Assembly (NCBI GenBank): GCA_025056555.1
Contig: JANWVZ010000002.1
Coordinates: forward strand, 1-55,122
DNA from: Gemmatales bacterium
GTDB lineage: Bacteria > Planctomycetota > Planctomycetia > Gemmatales > HRBIN36
DNA: 55,122 nt
Reading direction: 5' to 3'
Part shown: positions 49,567-55,122 of the stretch, one piece after another
How positions within the stretch are numbered: the first letter of the stretch is position 1
Layout of the letters: each line of letters starts with the position of its first letter
Notes under the pieces: generated by a model
Databases searched by the model: none
The model's input: the letters and a program-made list of their open reading frames with translations, nothing else
Told to the model about the DNA's origin: nothing
Translations under genes and position numbers: made by a program

Positions 49567-49692
49567 AAGGTCATTCCATTAGGTACTTGGCTCATCCGCT
49601 GTCGCTTTCAGCCTGATGCAAAGCCATGTGAAAATTCTGCCTGAGAACATCATAACATCGAACACGGTTCAACTTTCCTTAAGAAACGGTAC

Positions 49693-50427
49693 TCAGCGAA
49701 CCAGACATGAGCCAGCGGCCTCGGCATACTCTGGCGGGACGTAAGCATAACCGATCGGATCGCGTTCCTGTGCTTCGAGAAAACCCTTCAGGCGAAGTCG
49801 GCAGCTATCGCATCGGCCGCAGGCCAGATTGTCGGGAGTCGGATCGTAGCAGCTATGGGTCAGGCGAAAATCTACCCCTAAACTTTTTCCCTCTCGAATG
49901 ATTTGCGCTTTGCTCATATATAGTAACGGAGCATGCACGCGGAATACGCCCCGCCCTTCTACGCCGGCTCTCGTGGCCACGTTGGCTAACGCTTCAAATT
50001 GCTGCAGAAACTCAGGTCGGCAATCGGGATAGCCGCTATAGTCAATCGCATTGCAACCGATGAACAAGTCGAAGGCCCCGATTACCTCGGCATAGCCCAG
50101 GGCCAACGCCAAAAACACGGTGTTCCGCGCCGGCACGTAAGTGATCGGGATGCCCTGACCAATTTCGTCCACGGTGCGATCTTTGGGCACAGCGATCTCA
50201 TCCGTCAAAGCCGACCCGCCAAGAGCCCGCAAATCCACGCGCACGATGCGGTGTTCGACTGTATCCAAACTCTCGGCGATCCGTCGCGCCGCTTCCAGTT
50301 CTCGTCGGTGCCGCTGACCGTAGTCCACCGTCAGGGCGTAAGCTGCATAGCCTTGGGATCGGGCGACCGCCAAGGTCGTCGCACTATCTAAGCCGCCGCT
50401 GACCAAGACCACCGCTTTCGCTTGCAT
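49693..50427 (-). CDS. queC: 7-cyano-7-deazaguanine synthase
   Basis: Has the PP-loop [12 protein letters not shown] and the Zn cysteines SCYD...[11 protein letters not shown]. Confidence 0.95.
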   Translation of the reverse strand: MQAKAVVLVSGGLDSATTLAVARSQGYAAYALTVDYGQRHRRELEAARRIAESLDTVEHRIVRVDLRALGGSALTDEIAVPKDRTVDEIGQGIPITYVPARNTVFLALALGYAEVIGAFDLFIGCNAIDYSGYPDCRPEFLQQFEALANVATRAGVEGRGVFRVHAPLLYMSKAQIIREGKSLGVDFRLTHSCYDPTPDNLACGRCDSCRLRLKGFLEAQERDPIGYAYVPPEYAEAAGSCLVR

Positions 50428-50606
50428 AGTCTGCCTCGGGAAAGCGAAAAACTCTATGATATCTTACGCGAGCCCCCCGCGGCACGATTTTGCCCCAGCT
50501 CGAACCAGCACAGCGTCAACCTTCCGACGAGTCTGTGCCTAGGTCAGGCCAGACGATTCAGAACTTGTAAGGGGAAATAGCAACTTTCTAGCAACGAGGA
50601 TGACCT

Positions 50607-51068
50607 ATGCCGGTAACCTCTGTCGCAAAACCTGCCTTAGACCAGCAGCCCAGCGCTGATCAGTTGGAGACCTTTCCCAACGAATATCCGCACCGCGATT
50701 ACGTCATAGAGATTGAGTGCCCTGAATTTACCAGCGTTTGTCCACGGACGGGACAACCCGACTTCGGCACGATTACGTTCCGCTATATTCCGGACAAGCT
50801 CTGCGTCGAACTCAAGTCGCTCAAGCTCTATTTGCAACGCTACCGCAACGTCGGCATCTTTTATGAGATGCTGGTGAACCGTCTGCTGGATGATTTCGTT
50901 GCTGCGTGCAAGCCCCGCCATTGTGAGGTGATTGCGGAGTTCAACCCTCGCGGCGGTATGACCACAACGGTAACTGCCGTTTACGCCGCTTCGACTGACG
51001 AGGACGAAGAAGAATCTTGCGAGGAATGTGAGAGCAAACCGCGCAGTCGGCGTAGTCGGAAACGCTGA
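50607..51068 (+). CDS. queF: NADPH-dependent 7-cyano-7-deazaguanine reductase (unimodular type) with charged C-terminal tail
   Basis: Contains [18 protein letters not shown] (catalytic Cys) and the QueF motif [15 protein letters not shown]. The extra tail is [25 protein letters not shown]. Confidence 0.9.
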   Translation: MPVTSVAKPALDQQPSADQLETFPNEYPHRDYVIEIECPEFTSVCPRTGQPDFGTITFRYIPDKLCVELKSLKLYLQRYRNVGIFYEMLVNRLLDDFVAACKPRHCEVIAEFNPRGGMTTTVTAVYAASTDEDEEESCEECESKPRSRRSRKR

Positions 51069-51097
51069 GCTGGCGCAGGCGCTGGTACAAGCGAATC

Positions 51098-51757
51098 ATG
51101 GCGGAAATCATTCCGACTGTGTTCCTATTCCGCTTCACCTTTCCGTGCCGTTATCTCGCCCAGATGCCCCAGGAGGGACAAGAGCGGATTTTGGATCTGG
51201 ATGCGACATATCGGTTACCGCACTTGGCCGAACTGAACGGACAAAAAACCTTCGGCGACGTGCGGGTGGCCTGGAACGAGTTAGGACTGGGGATTCAGGT
51301 GGAAGTGCGCGGGAAAGACCGCCCGCCGCTCGGTGATGCCTCCCGACCACGCAGTTCCGATGGCCTGCACGTTTGGATCAGCACGCGCGATGTTCGGGCT
51401 ATTCACCGTGCCGATCGCTATTGCCATTACTTTTACTTTCTCCCCGCAGGCGGAGGCGAGGATCGCGAAGCGCCTGTGGCAGGCCAATTGAACATACCCC
51501 GGGCCTCGGACAACGCGCCGACCGTTTCGCCTTCCGACCTGGTTTTTCAGGCGCACCGTCGCCGCGGTGGTTACATACTCGAAGCCTTCTTGCCCGCTCA
51601 TGTATTACACGGTTACGACCCCGAAAACCATCCTCGTTTGGGTTGGTGCTACTGGTTGCGCGATCTCGAACTGGGCGATCAAACGCTCACCGTCGGTCCC
51701 GATTTCCCTTTCTGGGAAGACCCCAGCCTCTGGTTCGCCTTACAGCTGGTACGCTAA
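51098..51757 (+). CDS. Hypothetical protein, CBM9/DOMON-like by pattern
   Basis: 219 aa. The blocks DVRVAWNELGLGIQVEV, DGLHVWISTRD, YCHYFYFLP and GGYILEAFLPAHVLHGY follow the spacing I associate with family-9-like carbohydrate-binding folds. The call is tentative. Confidence 0.4.
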   Translation: MAEIIPTVFLFRFTFPCRYLAQMPQEGQERILDLDATYRLPHLAELNGQKTFGDVRVAWNELGLGIQVEVRGKDRPPLGDASRPRSSDGLHVWISTRDVRAIHRADRYCHYFYFLPAGGGEDREAPVAGQLNIPRASDNAPTVSPSDLVFQAHRRRGGYILEAFLPAHVLHGYDPENHPRLGWCYWLRDLELGDQTLTVGPDFPFWEDPSLWFALQLVR

Positions 51758-52087
51758 CCCTCCGACTTACAACGGCCGACGTTCTCAAGCTCGATTCCTG
51801 ATATGTCGTTCAATTCGTAAGGAATAGTCGAGCTTACAACGACGTTGGGTATATCAAGTTGACCACAAGCGCCGGCACAGCGATGTCCAGGCGGCAGCTT
51901 TCTGGTTGCATCCGTGCAGCATTTGCCTTATGCTAACCAATAGCATGGCCCTCGGTAGCAAGCATAAGGCGATTATTGCCGCCAGTTTTCCAAGGGACAA
52001 ACTATCTGAGCGAAATGACTGGCTGGTTTATAGCAATATCAACGATATGTGTCATCGTAACGGTACTTGATTCTCAGGAGGGCTATC

Positions 52088-52966
52088 ATGCCAGAACGTA
52101 TCGGAGAATTTCAGGTGCTGGGGGAATTGGGCAAAGGTGCCAACAGCACCATTCTGCACATCCGCCGCAGCAGCGACAGCAAGCAGTATGCTTTGAAGAT
52201 TGTCCCGATTGAAAGTGAAGAAGACCATAAGTATCTCGAGCAGGCAGAGCATGAGTTCCGCATTGCTCAAAAACTCAATCATCGCAACCTGATCAGGATT
52301 TATATTCTCGAAAAGGTACCAAAGTGGTTGTTCTTTGGTGTCAAGGAAGTGCGGCTGCTGATTGAGTACGTGCCTGGCAAGACATTGGATAAGCAACGTA
52401 TTCTTTCGTTTCCGAAACTGGTGCAGGTGTTTGAGCAAGTCGCTTCGGGCCTGGCCCACATGCATCGGCGCGACATTTATCATGCCGACCTGAAACCAGG
52501 TAACATCATGCTCTCTCGCGCGGGAGTCGTGAAAATCATTGACTATGGCCTGGCATGGACTAAGGATGCTCCGAAGAACCGTGTTCAGGGCACGCCCGAG
52601 TACATGGCTCCTGAACAGGTCAAGGAACGCATCGTGAACGAGCAGACCGATATCTTCAATTTCGGGGCGACTATGTATCGGCTGTGCACGTGGAAAAACA
52701 TTCCCAAGGTGATGGACGAGGAAGGCCAAGTCGTGCCTCATCAAATTTGGGAGCGACAACTTCAAGGTGTTCGCGAAGCTAATCCTGCATGTCCCGCCCC
52801 CCTCGCAGAGTTAATTCACCGCTGTCTCGCTTATAAGCCCCAAAAGCGTCCCGAGAGCATGACCGACGTCCACGAAACCTTACAAGCCTTAGTGGATCAG
52901 CTAGTCACTGACCCCGCGGATCGGCTGGAAGCCCTGGAGTGGTCCGACGAGGCTTCTCCAAGCTGA
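52088..52966 (+). CDS. Ser/Thr protein kinase (kinase domain only)
   Basis: AGGAGG precedes ATG 52088. Motifs are GELGKGANSTI, YALKIV, HRRDIYHADLKPGNIM, IIDYGLA and GTPEYMAPE. Confidence 0.9.
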   Translation: MPERIGEFQVLGELGKGANSTILHIRRSSDSKQYALKIVPIESEEDHKYLEQAEHEFRIAQKLNHRNLIRIYILEKVPKWLFFGVKEVRLLIEYVPGKTLDKQRILSFPKLVQVFEQVASGLAHMHRRDIYHADLKPGNIMLSRAGVVKIIDYGLAWTKDAPKNRVQGTPEYMAPEQVKERIVNEQTDIFNFGATMYRLCTWKNIPKVMDEEGQVVPHQIWERQLQGVREANPACPAPLAELIHRCLAYKPQKRPESMTDVHETLQALVDQLVTDPADRLEALEWSDEASPS

Positions 52967-53097
52967 TTCCCTGGCTGTATCAAAACTGGAACCGCGCCGT
53001 CGTTGTCACTAGTGGCATTGCCTCGTAGAGAGGCGAGCTGATTGGCAGAGTGTCCAGGAGGGAGAAGGCTCACCGAGGAAGCCGCAAGGGCTGTCCC

Positions 53098-54339
53098 ATG
53101 CCTCATTACGCTGATCGGGAGCATGTTATTTCGCTGCGCAAGCCAGAGCTAGTTCGCCTGCTCTTGCGCTTTCCGGGCTGTCGCGACTCGAAGGACGAAC
53201 ACCATTTCCTCCAGTTTTGCCGACTGGTCGAGGCAATTTTTCATTACGAGTTTCACACCCGCCTGGAACGTATCAAAGAGCTGTACGCGCCGTTCGACCC
53301 TGACTGCGCCTACGAGTTTCCGCTGAGCCAGGCCCTAGCACCTGCGCATGGCCGACTCTCGGACCAGGCTCGCCAAGTCGAACTGCTACTCAACGAAATA
53401 CGCTATCTGCTTCAGCGCGCTAACTTCGTTCGTCTGGAGCGCTGTGTCCTGGAAGAGGCCATGCAGCGCACCGGCCGCTGGGGCATCAACTTCGTAGTCA
53501 ACCTCAAGCTGTTTGAAGAACTCGAACTTTATGCCCGGGGCAACACTCTGGTCTTAGAAAAAAGACCAGAGCGTTTCTTGGGGCTAATCCCCGAACAGGG
53601 GCTGGAGGTCCCCGTCTATGATCGGGTCGTTTTGATCGTGCGTTATAAGCAGGACGCTAAGCTTCCTCGTTTCGTGGACAAACGACGCCTTTATGTGAGT
53701 ATGTTCAAAGACGTTCCCCGCGACGACTTGGAACTGCTGGTTCCTGGGGTCAGGCCGAGAATTCAGCCCTGGGATGTCTTTAAAATCGGTTTGCCGTTAT
53801 CTATCGGCATCCCTTTCTTCTTTTGGAAGCTCATGGTCGGTGCCGCGTTCAAACTGGCCAGTGGCGTGGTAGCTATGTTCAATTCCCTGGGCACGTTCAT
53901 GGCCCCCTTCAGTTCGGGTTTACGTTCATACATGGGCTATCTCAGCACTTGGCAAAAGTATCTCATCACCCTCTTGCAATGCCTTTTGTTTCAAACGTTG
54001 GACAACAACCTGGGCGCTATTATTCATCTGCTGGACGAGGCCGAGGAACAGGAGTTCCGCGAAGTGGTGCTCAGCTGGTTTTTCCTCTGGCGTGTGGCCG
54101 GCCCCGAGGGTTGGGAGGCGGCCAGTCTCGACCGTGCTATCGAAGATTACCTGTGCACTTACGCCCATCTACACGTGGATTTCGAAATCGAAGACGCTCT
54201 CGAGAAACTTCTACGTTTCGGTCTGGCTCAAGTCGACTCTCAGGGCCGTTGGCAAGCCGTGCCCTTGTTGGAAGCCTGTCAACGTCTCGATGAGATTTGG
54301 GACGGTTATTTCCGCTACCATAATCCGTTACTATCATAA
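53098..54339 (+). CDS. DUF3754 (TMEM143-like) membrane-associated protein
   Basis: Contains MPHYADREHVISLRKPELVRLLL...FLQFCRLVEAIFHYEFHTRLERIKELYAPFDPD and central TM segments (IGLPLSIGIPFFFWKLMVGAAF). The family call is from memory of its conserved N-terminal block. Confidence 0.6.
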   Translation: MPHYADREHVISLRKPELVRLLLRFPGCRDSKDEHHFLQFCRLVEAIFHYEFHTRLERIKELYAPFDPDCAYEFPLSQALAPAHGRLSDQARQVELLLNEIRYLLQRANFVRLERCVLEEAMQRTGRWGINFVVNLKLFEELELYARGNTLVLEKRPERFLGLIPEQGLEVPVYDRVVLIVRYKQDAKLPRFVDKRRLYVSMFKDVPRDDLELLVPGVRPRIQPWDVFKIGLPLSIGIPFFFWKLMVGAAFKLASGVVAMFNSLGTFMAPFSSGLRSYMGYLSTWQKYLITLLQCLLFQTLDNNLGAIIHLLDEAEEQEFREVVLSWFFLWRVAGPEGWEAASLDRAIEDYLCTYAHLHVDFEIEDALEKLLRFGLAQVDSQGRWQAVPLLEACQRLDEIWDGYFRYHNPLLS

Positions 54340-54402
54340 TGGCCCCTGGTGCTTAGAACTTTCCACGAAGCAATCAGCCCAGAGGCAGGTGGCAGATTGC
54401 TG

Positions 54403-54418
54403 CCATCCGCGCGGATGG
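54403..54418. promoter_or_regulatory. Perfect 16-bp palindrome CCATCCGCGCGGATGG upstream of purE
   Basis: Read directly from the sequence. It lies 20 nt upstream of the purE ATG and is preceded by a small hairpin TGGCAG/CTGCCA (54390-54405). Confidence 0.3.
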
Positions 54419-54437
54419 GCTTATAAAGGGATCAGCA

Positions 54438-54932
54438 ATGTCGGCGACAGGCAATATTCTCGTCGGCGTGGTCATGGGCAGCAAATCGGACTGGGAAGTG
54501 ATGAAATCGGCTTCGGAAACGCTCAGCCGATTTGCTGTGCCCCATGAATGCCGCGTGCTCTCGGCACACCGCACTCCAGAGGCCTTGGTGCAATACCTTC
54601 GCGAAGCAGAAAACCGAGGCATCGAGGTGTGGATCGCAGCCGCGGGTGGCGCAGCTCACCTCGCAGGAGTGGTCGCAGCTCACACGGTACGGCCGGTGCT
54701 CGGTGTACCCATGCAAACGGCGACGCTTGGCGGCCTCGATTCGCTCCTCAGCATGGTGCAAATGCCCGCAGGCGTTCCTGTCGGCACGTTGGCTATTGGT
54801 AAAGCGGGCGCTACCAACGCGGCCCTGCTCGCGGTTGCCATCTTGGCCAACTCCCGACCCGAGCTGCGTCAAAAGCTGCAGCAGTACCGCGCCGAACAAG
54901 CGCAGAAAATCCTCAGCGAAACTTTGACGTGA
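54438..54932 (+). CDS. purE: N5-carboxyaminoimidazole ribonucleotide mutase
   Basis: Contains VGVVMGSKSDWEVM, VLSAHRTPE and IAAAGGAAHLAGVVAA. Confidence 0.95.
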   Translation: MSATGNILVGVVMGSKSDWEVMKSASETLSRFAVPHECRVLSAHRTPEALVQYLREAENRGIEVWIAAAGGAAHLAGVVAAHTVRPVLGVPMQTATLGGLDSLLSMVQMPAGVPVGTLAIGKAGATNAALLAVAILANSRPELRQKLQQYRAEQAQKILSETLT

Positions 54933-54933
54933 T

Positions 54934-55122
54934 TCACGGCAACCGCGGGGGCGGACGACGCAACAGTTCCCGTAATTGTTTTTCCACCTCAGCATATTCA
55001 GGCCGACCGGCGAGATTCGTTAGTTCGGCTGGGTCCTTTTCATAATCGAAGAGCTGGACCCCGCCTTTACCGTCATTCCACTCGGTATATCGGTACCGCT
55101 CAGTGCGAACACTTCGCCCTAG
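54934..55122 (-). CDS. Sulfatase-family protein, C-terminal fragment (gene continues beyond window end)
   Basis: Reverse translation gives LGRSVRTERYRYTEWNDGKGGVQLFDYEKDPAELTNLAGRPEYAEVEKQLRELLRRPPPRLP*, the usual sulfatase C-terminal block. It is convergent with purE, with a 1-nt gap. Confidence 0.7.
   Translation of the reverse strand, partial: LGRSVRTERYRYTEWNDGKGGVQLFDYEKDPAELTNLAGRPEYAEVEKQLRELLRRPPPRLP

Noticed and set aside
50428-50606. Possible preQ1 riboswitch upstream of queF
   Set aside because: I could not find the short P1 hairpin followed by the conserved A-rich tail / CUAGCUA-like core. A vague resemblance (ttctagcaac) is the only hint. A covariance-model scan is needed to be sure.
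1-55122. By-eye search for tRNA (GGTTCGAATCC-type T-arms), tmRNA, RNase P (GGAAAGTCCGG), rRNA, CRISPR repeats, transposase/integrase genes and terminal inverted repeats
   Set aside because: I recognised none. By-eye scanning is insensitive, so tRNAscan-SE, Infernal/Rfam, a CRISPR finder and an IS search should be run before concluding absence.

Overview
This 55-kb window looks like a chromosomal segment of a Planctomycetota-type genome. That assignment is an inference from a DUF1559/prepilin-leader protein, an N-terminal LEELEARxVP motif on an exported peptidase, and large intergenic spacers. I can support about 48 protein-coding genes, mostly housekeeping. On the minus strand there is a complete F1Fo ATP synthase operon (atpZ-atpI-atpB-E-F-H-A-G-D, 1-6914). 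Other genes are ggt, an acyl-CoA thioesterase, a heparinase-like protein plus a Tat-signal oxidoreductase pair, and a response regulator/histidine kinase pair. There are three shikimate-pathway activities (DAHP synthase and a fused aroD-aroE) and the prkA-yeaH-spoVR triad. The rest are ispF, cysS, ruvC, two aminotransferases, an enolase-superfamily enzyme, a Cu-type P-type ATPase, queC/queF, a Ser/Thr kinase, purE and a sulfatase fragment. By eye I found no tRNA, rRNA, CRISPR array, transposase, integrase or recognisable defence system. I cannot point to a clear-cut new system. The best candidates are: (1) the prkA-yeaH-spoVR triad apparently extended by three small co-directional genes up to a single intrinsic terminator; (2) an orphan protein with TPR repeats plus two RNA polymerase alpha-CTD-like domains, divergent from prkA; (3) an HTH-REC regulator and soluble kinase behind a near-consensus promoter, with a TGACA-rich repeat cluster and two family-less membrane proteins upstream; (4) lineage-specific insertions in ATP synthase subunits alpha, a and c; (5) several 500-850 nt ORF-free spacers, two of which carry interrupted, pseudogene-like reading frames. 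All family calls come from motif recognition by eye, and no database search was run.
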